58,175 nt of DNA from Candidatus Nealsonbacteria bacterium (GTDB taxonomy: Bacteria; Patescibacteriota; Minisyncoccia; Minisyncoccales; JAUWAW01), in contig JAUWAW010000003.1 in assembly GCA_030601865.1 (NCBI GenBank), positions 1 to 58,175 of the forward strand. The letters are read 5' to 3'. A program made the translations under genes and the position numbers. Under the pieces are notes generated by a model. The model was not told the DNA's origin, made no database searches, and was given only the letters and a program-made list of their open reading frames with translations. Of this stretch, positions 18,053-26,450 are shown piece after piece. The number at the start of each line of letters is the position of its first letter. Positions within the stretch are counted from its first letter, which is position 1.

Positions 18053-18739
18053 ATGTACCAATACGCTTACTTAATTGGCAACTTATTTTGTGCCATTGTT
18101 TGGCTGGTTTTGTTTTTGTCTCGAAAGGATTTAAGGAAAGAAATGTTGGTCATGAGTTTGATTATCGGCCCAGCTGGACCCTTGTCTGAATATTGGTATC
18201 TTAAAGATTATTGGCAGCCAGAAATAATTTTTGGTTGGAAGGTTGGCATAGAAGATTTCCTTTTTGCTTTTTTTATTGGCGGCATTGGTGCAGTAGTTTA
18301 CGAAGTGTTTTTAGGTAAACACTTAAAAAGAGACAAGAGATATAAATCAGGCAAGTGGATGTTTTTTGTCTTGCCAGTTATTGGTTTAGCCGTTCTAATC
18401 AGCCTCAATTCTCTTTTAAGGATAAACTCAATTTATGCCAGCTCATTAGGATTTTCCGTCTGCGCTGTTATTATTTGGGCTATCAGACCAGATTTGATAA
18501 AAGATTCCCTCTTGAGCGGAATTTTTGCTGGCTTGTTAATATTTATTTTTTATTCAGTTTTTTTCTTAAAAATCTACCCTAATATCGTCAATGATTGGTG
18601 GATGCTTTCTAATATTTCAGGCATTATTATTTTAGGAATACCCCTAGAAGAAATACTCTGGGTTTTTTGTTGGGGCTTAATCGCCGGCCCCCTCTATGAA
18701 TTCTGGCAGGGATACAGATTGATAGGAAAGAGACAGTAA
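18053..18739 (+). CDS. membrane protein, possibly lycopene-cyclase-domain family
   Basis: 228 aa and polytopic. Two PxE(E/D)-like motifs (VGIEDFLF, IPLEEILW) as in CrtYc/Yd-type domains. Assigned from memory. Confidence 0.45.
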   Translation: MYQYAYLIGNLFCAIVWLVLFLSRKDLRKEMLVMSLIIGPAGPLSEYWYLKDYWQPEIIFGWKVGIEDFLFAFFIGGIGAVVYEVFLGKHLKRDKRYKSGKWMFFVLPVIGLAVLISLNSLLRINSIYASSLGFSVCAVIIWAIRPDLIKDSLLSGIFAGLLIFIFYSVFFLKIYPNIVNDWWMLSNISGIIILGIPLEEILWVFCWGLIAGPLYEFWQGYRLIGKRQ

Positions 18740-18781
18740 TGTGTCCGATAAATAATCCCGGGCACATTTTTAATTGGGACA

Positions 18782-18791
18782 AGTTATCCAC
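18782..18791 (+). promoter_or_regulatory. AGTTATCCAC motif (variant copy) fused to a -35-like TTGTCA
   Basis: agttatccacTTGTCA, 17 nt, TATGAT upstream of RAYT1. Confidence 0.4.
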
Positions 18792-18836
18792 TTGTCAAAT
18801 AGTTGGGAAGCTTGTATGATTGAAGAGTAGGGAGAT

Positions 18837-18859
18837 TGTCCGAGAAGCCATCTCGGACA
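18837..18859. repeat. REP1 palindrome, upstream copy
   Basis: tgtccgagaagccatctcggaca (9-bp stem, 5-nt loop), 7 nt before ATG 18866. Confidence 0.9.
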
Positions 18860-18865
18860 GCTTTT

Positions 18866-19594
18866 ATGCCTATAAAACGCCCACAATTTGCTGACGGGGA
18901 AATTTACCATGTTATACTCAGAGGTATTGCCGGCCAGAAAACTTTTTTAGAAAAAAGGGATTATTTGAGATATCTTTTTAGTTTACACATATTTAATAAT
19001 AAAGGGAGGGTTATTAAGCCCTTTAGGCCTGTCCGAGATGGCTTCTCGGACAGATTATTAATTAGGGGGCCGGATTTGGAAAAGCCGAGAGAGTTATTGA
19101 TTGAGATTTTAGGGCTTTGTTTAATGCCCAATCATATTCATTTACTGGTTCGGCAGGTTGTTGAAAATGGTATTTCTTTGTTTTTTCAGAAAATGGGTGG
19201 TTATTCCAGTTATTTCAACAAAAAATATGAGCGGTTTGGCTCCTTGTTTCAGCGGCCGTTTAAGGCAGTGCTTATTAAAACTGACGACCAATTGCTCATT
19301 GCTATTACCTATATCCATATGAATCCAATTGATTTAATTGAGCCCAATTGGAAAATTAGAGGCATTGCCAATCCTCAAAAAGTTATGGAATTTTTAGAAT
19401 CGTATCTTTGGTCAAGCTATCCTTATTATTTGGGAAAAGAGAACTTTTCCTGGTTAATTGATTCTTTATTTTTAAAGAAAATTTTGAAGAGTCCTGAGGA
19501 TTTCCGAAATTTTGTTAAAGCGCGAGTTCTCTATAAGGCAAGATTAAATGACTTTTTAGGTGCGTTACAAGATTTTTCTTTGACTTTAGAATAA
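18866..19594 (+). CDS. REP-associated tyrosine transposase-like protein (IS200-like Y1/HUH family), RAYT1
   Basis: GEIYHVILRG, LMPNHIHLLV (HUH), GSLFQRPFK, TYIHMNPI (catalytic Tyr region). ATG 18866 is preferred over the TTG at 18836, which lies inside REP1. Confidence 0.8.
   Translation: MPIKRPQFADGEIYHVILRGIAGQKTFLEKRDYLRYLFSLHIFNNKGRVIKPFRPVRDGFSDRLLIRGPDLEKPRELLIEILGLCLMPNHIHLLVRQVVENGISLFFQKMGGYSSYFNKKYERFGSLFQRPFKAVLIKTDDQLLIAITYIHMNPIDLIEPNWKIRGIANPQKVMEFLESYLWSSYPYYLGKENFSWLIDSLFLKKILKSPEDFRNFVKARVLYKARLNDFLGALQDFSLTLE
19030..19052. repeat. REP1 palindrome, internal in-frame copy (inverted loop)
   Basis: tgtccgagatggcttctcggaca, which encodes PVRDGFSDR inside RAYT1. Confidence 0.9.
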
Positions 19595-19613
19595 AAAAGA
19601 ATGGTGTTCGAGA

Positions 19614-19636
19614 TGTCCAAGATGGCTTCTCGGACA
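19614..19636. repeat. REP1 palindrome, downstream copy (one stem mismatch)
   Basis: tgtccaagatggcttctcggaca, preceded by the partial copy tgttcgaga. Confidence 0.85.
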
Positions 19637-19648
19637 AGTTATCCACAG
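19637..19648 (+). promoter_or_regulatory. AGTTATCCACAG motif (perfect DnaA-box 9-mer) abutting a -35
   Basis: agttatccacag TTGAAA, 17 nt, TATGAT, then ATG 19684. Confidence 0.5.
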
Positions 19649-19683
19649 TTGAAAAGTTCTTGAGGGGGTTGTATGATTAGAAA

Positions 19684-20268
19684 ATGAGCAAGAAAATTGT
19701 TATTTTGGTTGTTTTTGTCCTACTCCTCATAATTGGAGGGGTTTTTTATTGGCAGAAGATTAGGACAATAAAGGGAAGTCCGGACGATTATGTGATTAAA
19801 GAGACGGCCGAGGGGACAATAGTGGAGAATAAAAAAGCCGGCTTGAGAATGAAGGTACCTGAGGGATGGCAAGTTGAAAAAATAGAGGTTATGGAGGGGT
19901 CTGTGGTTTTTTATAGTCCAGATGCCGAGGGAGTTAGGACAGGGAAGGTAAGGCCGCCGTTGAAAAAGGGGTGTTTGATAGAAACCGCAGTGGCTTATAG
20001 AAAAATGAGTTTTAGCAAGATTAAAGAGGAAATAGAAGAAGGTCATAAATGGTTGGCCATAGTTTCGGACGTCTTTAAGATGATAGGAGTGAACAACTAT
20101 CCGGCTCTTAAAAACACCTATGATTGCCTAGAATTAGGCCCTTCTATAGATGTTTATATCCCGCTCGATAGTAAATTATATGATTTAGGCATCTCTGTTG
20201 CTCCCGGTGATAAAGAAAGATGCTTTCAAGAGTTTGATAAATTTTTAGAAACTGTATCAATAGAATAG
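19684..20268 (+). CDS. hypothetical membrane-anchored/secreted protein
   Basis: 194 aa. N-terminal hydrophobic helix (IVILVVFVLLLIIGGVFYW). No known motif. Confidence 0.5.
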   Translation: MSKKIVILVVFVLLLIIGGVFYWQKIRTIKGSPDDYVIKETAEGTIVENKKAGLRMKVPEGWQVEKIEVMEGSVVFYSPDAEGVRTGKVRPPLKKGCLIETAVAYRKMSFSKIKEEIEEGHKWLAIVSDVFKMIGVNNYPALKNTYDCLELGPSIDVYIPLDSKLYDLGISVAPGDKERCFQEFDKFLETVSIE

Positions 20269-20285
20269 TCGCTGGGGGAATAGAC

Positions 20286-20364
20286 TGTTTAATCCTTCGG
20301 ATTAAACATGCTATTTTCGGCTTCAATATGCAATTTTCACGTGTTTAATCCGAAGGATTAAACA
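20286..20364. repeat. REPIN-like doublet: two 23-bp hairpins in inverted orientation
   Basis: tgtttaatccttcggattaaaca (20286-20308) and tgtttaatccgaaggattaaaca (20342-20364), separated by a 33-nt spacer. Confidence 0.9.
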
Positions 20365-20377
20365 CTTCATTTATTCT

Positions 20378-23300
20378 ATGAAGAGAGCGTTTTTATATTT
20401 TTTTGGGCTAATTTTTTTAGTGGTGTTTTTGTTTTTTCCTCAAAATAGTCAAGGTCAGGAACTTGAGCTTGCCAAAGACGATACTCTTGATTTATTGAAA
20501 GCCACTCAGCAGGTTTTAATAGACAAGTGGCTTGATTTAACTACCTCAGGCAGCTTTGATGAGCCGGAAGAGCAGGCCGCCTTATTTTTGATTCGCAATG
20601 CCATTCAAAAGAGGCAATTTTCGTATTTTGTCAAGGAACTACCCAAGGAATATCTCAAGGCCCTGCTTAAAACAGCTGGTTCTTTGCTCTTTGCAGAAAA
20701 GGCCATTACTTTTATTTTAGGCGAAATTGAGAAAAAAAGCGTTAAAGAAGCGGTTGGTCTGACTACTGACTGGCTGCTGGCAAATGAAATTAGGATAGGA
20801 CAGGGCAAATTGTCCTATCCTTTTGAGTCCTACAAAGGAAATTGGCAAGAACCACCTCTTCATTATTTGATTGTTTATCAAGAAGTTGGGGCAGACCCCG
20901 TTAGAGGTTTAGGGGTCGAAGAAAAAGCACAAAACGCACAAACCTCTAACGGGGCGGGAACTTGGGCAGAGGTGGCTATTGAGTTTTATTCGCCAGAACT
21001 AATGGAACCCCCGGAACCCACCGGTGCAAGTATTTTGGGCATAAGAAGGGTTCCTTGGGAATTTGCTGAGTGGAGGGCGGCGGGCAATGAGGTCTTGTTG
21101 CCTTTTATTGTCAGGATTAAGGGAAGGGTATTGAAAGACGAGGCAATAGGCTATCAATGGCAGGAAAACAGGGTGGAAATTAGTTTTTCTGAGCCAGTAC
21201 CTTATTTTCCAGAGGAAAAAGACACATGGATTAGCAAAATTCCCTTTTTGGGCAGTTTTTATCGGAATTTCAAGCAAAGGTTGGTAGAACTAAAGAAGAT
21301 TATGGAAAAGCTGGGGCGGCTGGGTCGCTGGGGAACAGGTTCAGTGGTTGTTCCTGAAATGGAGCCGGGAGAACAGGATTTGGCAGTTTTGGACATGGAA
21401 AAGGTAAAGGAAGTGCCTGAGGAAGAGACGGCCCCGACGGTGTTGTTGGGGCCGGAAGCGGAAGGTACTGGCGGACCCCTGCCCAGAGAGGAAATTTTAG
21501 CCCGAATTCAGGAAGAACTGGATGACATTGCCGAAGGGATTGATATCATTAACCAGGAGGTTAGGGAGTTAACTGCAGAAGAAGATGTCGGGGATGTTAG
21601 CCTCGACAGTGTTAGCCCCGACGGTTCATCTGTCTCTATTTCTGAAGAGCTGGAGGAATTTGTTGAGCAGCCTTTAGAGGAGGTAGGACCCGCCTTCGCT
21701 CCTGACGAGTCCGCCGAAGCTTTAGCGGAGGAGGAAGGAGCTACGGCGGGCAAGCAGGAGTTTTGCCAGAAAATACCTGGGGCTCAGGCAATAAGGAATA
21801 AGGTCATACTCAATGAAATTGCCTGGATGGGCACTGAGGAAAGTTATAGTAATGAGTGGATTGAGCTTAAAAATATTTCTGGGGAGACAGTTGATTTAAC
21901 TGGTTGGCAGCTCTTTAATAAGGAGCAGAAAATAAAAATAATTTTTAGTCGAGATAACTTCTTGACTGGAGGGTTTTGGCTTTTAGAGAGAACTGATGAT
22001 GAAACAGTGCCGGGCAAGGCGGCTGATTTGATTTATACTGGCGCGCTTAAAAATAGGGAGGAGGTCCTCTATTTATTTGACTCGGCTTGCCATCTGCAAG
22101 ATAAGGTAGGGGCCTTGCCTGATTGGCCGGCTGGTGATAACAGTTCCAAGAGGACCATGGAGCGGAGGACTGATTTGACTTGGCAGACCAGCGCTGAGAT
22201 TGGGGGCACGCCCAAAGCAGAAAATAGTTCGGGTTATGTTGCTGGGGGTGGTGGTGGTGGCGCGCCCCCGCCAGCAGAGCCAGAGCCGCCAGAAGAAGAA
22301 CCAGAAGAAGAGCCAGAAGAACCCCAACCGGTGCCTGAAATTCTCATTACCGAGGTCCAAATTAGAGACGCCTTCTCTTCTGACCACGATTTCATTGAGC
22401 TTTACAACCTTGCCACCACTACCGTAGACATTTCGGGGCTCCAATTGAAAAAGAAGAGTTCTACTGGCGAAGAATGTTCTGTTCGGGTTTTCCCGAGCGG
22501 GAGCCAAATTCTTTCCCAAAGCTATTTTCTCTGGGCCAATTCTGCCTACGTCTCCTCCAGCCAAATTTCAGCTGATTTAGTGAACACTACCTCAAGTCAG
22601 ACCTTAGCCAAAAACAACAGCCTGGCCTTATTGAATCAAGACAAAAGTATTATTGATGCAGTAGCCTGGGGCAGCAGCACAGACCCTTTCTTAGAAGGTC
22701 TTCCCTTTTCCCAAAATCCCGAACACACTCAAACCTTAGGCCGAAAATGGTCAACCTCTACCCAGACCTATATTGACACTGATAATAATGCTGAGGATTT
22801 TGAACTGCAAGAACCCACGCCTGGTGCTGAAAATAAGCCGAAAACAGAGGGCGGCGGCTCTGGCGGCGAGGAGGAGGGCGAAGACGAGGAGCCAGAGCCG
22901 CCAGAGCCGCCGCCAGAAAACCAGGCACCCACAGCCCTTTTCACCTTTTCCCCGCAAAACCCATTCGTGGGGCAAGAAACTTTCTTCAATGCTGCTTCTT
23001 CTACTGACCCGGACGGCCAAATTACCGCTTATTTTTGGGATTTTGGCGATAACGCTACCACCACCACGTCCCAGGCCACAACCACTCATTCTTTTGCTAG
23101 CTCAACCCCCTATCTTATTAGCCTTAAAGTTATTGATGATGATGGCGCTTTCAGCACGCCGGCTACCACCACCATAACCGTGAGCGGCGACTCTGGCGGC
23201 GAGGAAGAGGGCGAAGACGAGGAGCCAGAGCCGCCAGAGCCGCCGCCAGAAACCCCCACCCTCTCAGTCGTCATCAACGAAATCGCCTGGATGGGCACCA

Positions 23301-25030
23301 AGGCCAACCCAGCTGACGAATGGCTGGAGTTGTATAACAATGCCTCAACTGAAATTGACTTGAATAATTGGACCCTTACTTGGAGCCATGGGACAACTAC
23401 CCATTCCCTTACTTTCTCTACCTCCACTGGCGCGCTCACAACTACTATCCCGGCCGCGGGCTTTTACCTGCTGGAGCGCACTGATGACACCACTATCAGC
23501 GATATCTCAGCTGACCTCATCTATACCGGCGGCCTCCACAATGATGGCGAAAAATTAGAATTAAGAGATACTCAGGGTAATCTAATTGACCAAGTTGATT
23601 GTTCAAATGCCTGGTTCGCCGGAGAAAATAAAAAAGAAGGCAACAAATGGCTGCGCATCTCCATGGAAAGAATTAACTCCACCTTTACTGGCGCTACTTC
23701 CACTAATTGGGCCAGTAACAATCGCATTACTAAAAACGGCCGAGACGCCAGCAACGACCCCCTCAACGCCACGCCCAAAGCAGAAAACAGCGTCTCCAAA
23801 TCCCAAACCGAAATTTCCGGCCAAGCAACCTACCCCATCCTGACCTATCTGGGCAGTCCCTATATTGTCACTGGCACCTTAACTGTCCCTCAGGACAAAA
23901 CCCTGACCATTGAGCCGGGGGTAACCTTAAAATTTGATGCTTCGGTGCGTATGATAGTTCAAGGAAAATTAGAAGCAATTGGCAAGGAAGAGGAAGAAAA
24001 TAAAATTGTTTTTGTTGCCAATTCTGATTCTCCCTGGCCAAACTATTGGCAAGGCATTTACTTTCTTAACAGTGCCGGATCTAAATTAGAAAATGTAATT
24101 GTCAGATATGGAGGAAAAATTTATATACCCTTTTACGAACTCCCTAATTTTTGGGCTGGCCTCCAGGTTGAAAATAGTGAGATTTCAATTCAAAATTCCC
24201 TAATTGAAAATTGCCTTCCCGGAGGCCTCTGGCTAAATAACTCCACCAGCACAGTAGAAAATGTAGAATTTTCCAATATTAAAGATCAAGATTCGCCTTA
24301 TTTTCATAATACAGCTGCTCTCTGGATTCAAGGAGGAAAAGCTCTTATTAAAAATTCAATCTTCCGAGAAAATACAATTGGCCTTAAAATTAAGGGAGGG
24401 GCCTGTCCCCAAATTGAAAATAATATTTTTGAAGGAAATGAAACTCCAATCTATCTTCAAGGTGTTTCCTATCCAATTTTTTCAAGCAATCAAGCTCATA
24501 ATAATGACTTGAACGGAATTTTTGCTGATGCCAGCACCATAATTTCTGATATAGTTTGGTCCGCAGATTTGCCTTATATAATAAAGGACAAATCCATTGA
24601 AGCTGGAGCAACCCTGACCTTAAAGGCGGGAACCCAGCTTCAATTGAAAAATGGGGGACATTTGACAATTGATGGGAATTTGATAACCGAGGGAACCTCA
24701 ACCAAGCCAGTTTTAATTACCTCTCTTTCTGATAGCCCGTCAGCCCATTGGCAACGTTTAGCTTTTTATTCTTCAGGTTCTGTTTTAGATGGAGCTATAA
24801 TTAGATATGGTGGGGGAGGTTGTGATGCGGGTTATTGTTGGGGAGCGATTACTCAATCAAAAGATGTTGAAATTGAAATTAAAAATTCTATAATTGAAAA
24901 TAATACCTGGGGAATTTTTAGCAATGAAGCAAAATGTGAAAAAGTTTTTGAAAAAATTAAAATAGAAAATACTATTTTCAGGGAAAACAAATTCAATATT
25001 CGTCGGCCTTATGGAGAATGTTTTCCATAA
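20378..25030 (+). CDS. giant secreted protein: three lamin-tail domains, PKD domain, C-terminal right-handed beta-helix repeats
   Basis: Signal-like N-terminus. LTD signatures (NEIAWMG..EWIEL.N, ITEVQ..DFIELYN), PKD (FDFGD..H.F...Y.I.L.V.DDDG), many NosD/pectin-lyase-like repeats (I.NS.I..N), acidic/proline linkers. Confidence 0.8.
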   Translation: MKRAFLYFFGLIFLVVFLFFPQNSQGQELELAKDDTLDLLKATQQVLIDKWLDLTTSGSFDEPEEQAALFLIRNAIQKRQFSYFVKELPKEYLKALLKTAGSLLFAEKAITFILGEIEKKSVKEAVGLTTDWLLANEIRIGQGKLSYPFESYKGNWQEPPLHYLIVYQEVGADPVRGLGVEEKAQNAQTSNGAGTWAEVAIEFYSPELMEPPEPTGASILGIRRVPWEFAEWRAAGNEVLLPFIVRIKGRVLKDEAIGYQWQENRVEISFSEPVPYFPEEKDTWISKIPFLGSFYRNFKQRLVELKKIMEKLGRLGRWGTGSVVVPEMEPGEQDLAVLDMEKVKEVPEEETAPTVLLGPEAEGTGGPLPREEILARIQEELDDIAEGIDIINQEVRELTAEEDVGDVSLDSVSPDGSSVSISEELEEFVEQPLEEVGPAFAPDESAEALAEEEGATAGKQEFCQKIPGAQAIRNKVILNEIAWMGTEESYSNEWIELKNISGETVDLTGWQLFNKEQKIKIIFSRDNFLTGGFWLLERTDDETVPGKAADLIYTGALKNREEVLYLFDSACHLQDKVGALPDWPAGDNSSKRTMERRTDLTWQTSAEIGGTPKAENSSGYVAGGGGGGAPPPAEPEPPEEEPEEEPEEPQPVPEILITEVQIRDAFSSDHDFIELYNLATTTVDISGLQLKKKSSTGEECSVRVFPSGSQILSQSYFLWANSAYVSSSQISADLVNTTSSQTLAKNNSLALLNQDKSIIDAVAWGSSTDPFLEGLPFSQNPEHTQTLGRKWSTSTQTYIDTDNNAEDFELQEPTPGAENKPKTEGGGSGGEEEGEDEEPEPPEPPPENQAPTALFTFSPQNPFVGQETFFNAASSTDPDGQITAYFWDFGDNATTTTSQATTTHSFASSTPYLISLKVIDDDGAFSTPATTTITVSGDSGGEEEGEDEEPEPPEPPPETPTLSVVINEIAWMGTKANPADEWLELYNNASTEIDLNNWTLTWSHGTTTHSLTFSTSTGALTTTIPAAGFYLLERTDDTTISDISADLIYTGGLHNDGEKLELRDTQGNLIDQVDCSNAWFAGENKKEGNKWLRISMERINSTFTGATSTNWASNNRITKNGRDASNDPLNATPKAENSVSKSQTEISGQATYPILTYLGSPYIVTGTLTVPQDKTLTIEPGVTLKFDASVRMIVQGKLEAIGKEEEENKIVFVANSDSPWPNYWQGIYFLNSAGSKLENVIVRYGGKIYIPFYELPNFWAGLQVENSEISIQNSLIENCLPGGLWLNNSTSTVENVEFSNIKDQDSPYFHNTAALWIQGGKALIKNSIFRENTIGLKIKGGACPQIENNIFEGNETPIYLQGVSYPIFSSNQAHNNDLNGIFADASTIISDIVWSADLPYIIKDKSIEAGATLTLKAGTQLQLKNGGHLTIDGNLITEGTSTKPVLITSLSDSPSAHWQRLAFYSSGSVLDGAIIRYGGGGCDAGYCWGAITQSKDVEIEIKNSIIENNTWGIFSNEAKCEKVFEKIKIENTIFRENKFNIRRPYGECFP
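20896..20954. repeat. inverted-repeat element in-frame in the LTD protein
   Basis: Perfect 15-bp arms ccccgttagaggttt / aaacctctaacgggg with a 29-nt loop. It encodes DPVRGLGVEEKAQNAQTSNGA. Confidence 0.85.
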
Positions 25031-25048
25031 AATTTGCATTAAAAATCT

Positions 25049-25654
25049 ATGGACAAAAACTATCTCATCCAATTAACCAATAAACTTTATCGCTTGACCC
25101 TGCTTTTTCCCAAAAAAGAGCCCTTGCGCTACAAAATGCGCGAAATAGCCAACGAAATTTTAGCCGACATTGTAGCCGAGAAGGAGAATCTCCACCGTGG
25201 TAAAAAACCCACGATCGTAGGAATTTTACCACGGCTGGAAACTTTAGACAGTTTTTTTGAGGTGGCCAAGGCGCAGAACTGGGTCAAGGCAGAGGAAATC
25301 TTGAATCTTCAGCAGGAATATAGTAAGGTAAAACAAGAATATAGTAAGGGTAAAGAAAAGATTCACCTTGTTAGATCCCGCGAAAGGGAAATTCCGCCAG
25401 AACCAACAAGTAGTCTGTTGACATCGGATGTCAACAGAGATGTCAACAGACAACCACAGGCCAGCCTGAACGATCGCCACCGAACAATCCTTGACTTCTT
25501 AAAAGAAAACGGCCAGGCCCAGGTAGGACATTTGACAAAGGTTCTTTCCCAAGTAACCAAAAGAACCCTGAGAAGGGATTTTAAAGATTTATTAAACCAG
25601 GGCCTGATTGAGAGGATGGGCGATAAGAATGAAACCTATTACCGGTTAAAATGA
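25049..25654 (+). CDS. four-helix-bundle (23S rRNA IVS-protein-like) N-domain plus winged-HTH C-domain protein
   Basis: KLYRLT..FPKKEP.RYKMRE.ANEIL pattern. C-terminal RHRTILDFLKENGQAQVGHLTKVL..TKRTLRRDFKDL is a DeoR-like wHTH. The gene carries three repeat insertions. Confidence 0.55.
   Translation: MDKNYLIQLTNKLYRLTLLFPKKEPLRYKMREIANEILADIVAEKENLHRGKKPTIVGILPRLETLDSFFEVAKAQNWVKAEEILNLQQEYSKVKQEYSKGKEKIHLVRSREREIPPEPTSSLLTSDVNRDVNRQPQASLNDRHRTILDFLKENGQAQVGHLTKVLSQVTKRTLRRDFKDLLNQGLIERMGDKNETYYRLK
25195..25234. repeat. P2 palindromic element, in-frame
   Basis: ccgtggtaaaaaacccacgatcgtaggaattttaccacgg, which encodes RGKKPTIVGILPR. Confidence 0.85.
25415..25450. repeat. REP2 palindrome plus half-copy, in-frame
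   Basis: ctgttgacatcggatgtcaacag agatgtcaacagac, which encodes LLTSDVNRDVNR. Confidence 0.9.
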
Positions 25655-26160
25655 GAAATCCTAGGAAAAAATTTGCCAAAATTTACGATAAATATATTGA
25701 AAAAATATATCGTTTTATTTTTTTAAAGGTTAATTCCCCAGAAATAGCTGAGGATTTGTCTTCCGAGACCTTTTTGAGGGGGTGGAAAGCCTTTCAAAAC
25801 CCAAAAAAAATTAAAAATCCTCAGGCCTTTTTGTATAAAATTGCCAGAAACTTAGTTATTGACCATTACCGGGAAAAAGGCAAGGCCCAGATTATTTCAG
25901 CTGAATATGCTTCTATTATTGACCCATGCCAAGATTTAGCCGAAAAAGCTATGTTGACATCGGATGTCAACAGCATTAGACAGGCCTTGGTCAACGTAAA
26001 ACCCGATTACCAAGATATCATCATCTGGCGCTATTTAGATGAGATGTCTATTTCAGAAATAGCCCAAGCTTTAGATAGGACAGACGGCGCAACCCGTGTC
26101 CTACTTCATCGGGCAATGAAAGCCTTACGGACAACAATGGCAGGAGGTGAAGAAAATTGA
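25651..26160 (+). CDS. ECF-type sigma-70 family RNA polymerase sigma factor
   Basis: Region 2 (IYRFIFLKV....AEDL..ETFLR.W, FLYKIARNLVIDHYR) and region 4 (DIIIWRYLDEMSISEIAQALDRTDGATRVLLHRAMKALR). Confidence 0.85.
   Translation: MRNPRKKFAKIYDKYIEKIYRFIFLKVNSPEIAEDLSSETFLRGWKAFQNPKKIKNPQAFLYKIARNLVIDHYREKGKAQIISAEYASIIDPCQDLAEKAMLTSDVNSIRQALVNVKPDYQDIIIWRYLDEMSISEIAQALDRTDGATRVLLHRAMKALRTTMAGGEEN
25952..25973. repeat. REP2 palindrome in-frame in the sigma2-sigma4 linker
   Basis: tgttgacatcggatgtcaacag, which encodes MLTSDVNS. Confidence 0.9.
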
Positions 26161-26391
26161 AACTGAAAAGATGGCTAGGGAAAATTTTCTTGTGTCTCAT
26201 ATTGAAGATCCTAAGCATGGCCGTGGAGGAAACAAAACGTCCATTTTGTGGTAAAAAACATGCTATGGGAGCATTTGTTCCTTTTAGGTGTCCTAAATAG
26301 TCAAGGAAATAGGATCAATCCTATTTTCCCCAAAAAGCGCTAAGCTTTCAAGGGCCGTTTACCCCACAGCCCCTTTCTTTTTGCTTTACGT

Positions 26392-26414
26392 CTGTTGACA
26401 TCGGATGTCAACAG
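26392..26414. repeat. REP2 palindrome, upstream of RAYT2
   Basis: ctgttgacatcggatgtcaacag. Confidence 0.95.
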
Positions 26415-26450
26415 CGAGTATAATGTAAAATAGGTAAAATAGACAGACGT

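Larger units (their letters stand above)
18776..19683 (+). mobile_element. RAYT1 cassette (RAYT-like gene plus three REP1 palindromes) flanked by duplicated promoter-like sequence
   Basis: ggacaagttatccac...ttgtatgatt occurs at 18778-18826 and again at 19632-19681 (about 70 percent identity). The RAYT gene and REP1 copies lie between them. Confidence 0.6.

Noticed and set aside
22073-23439. Alternative-frame ORFs (163, 112, 134 and 109 aa) across the acidic/proline linkers of the LTD protein
   Set aside because: They are frame shadows created by the GAR/CCN repeat composition. The main frame carries recognisable LTD and PKD domains.
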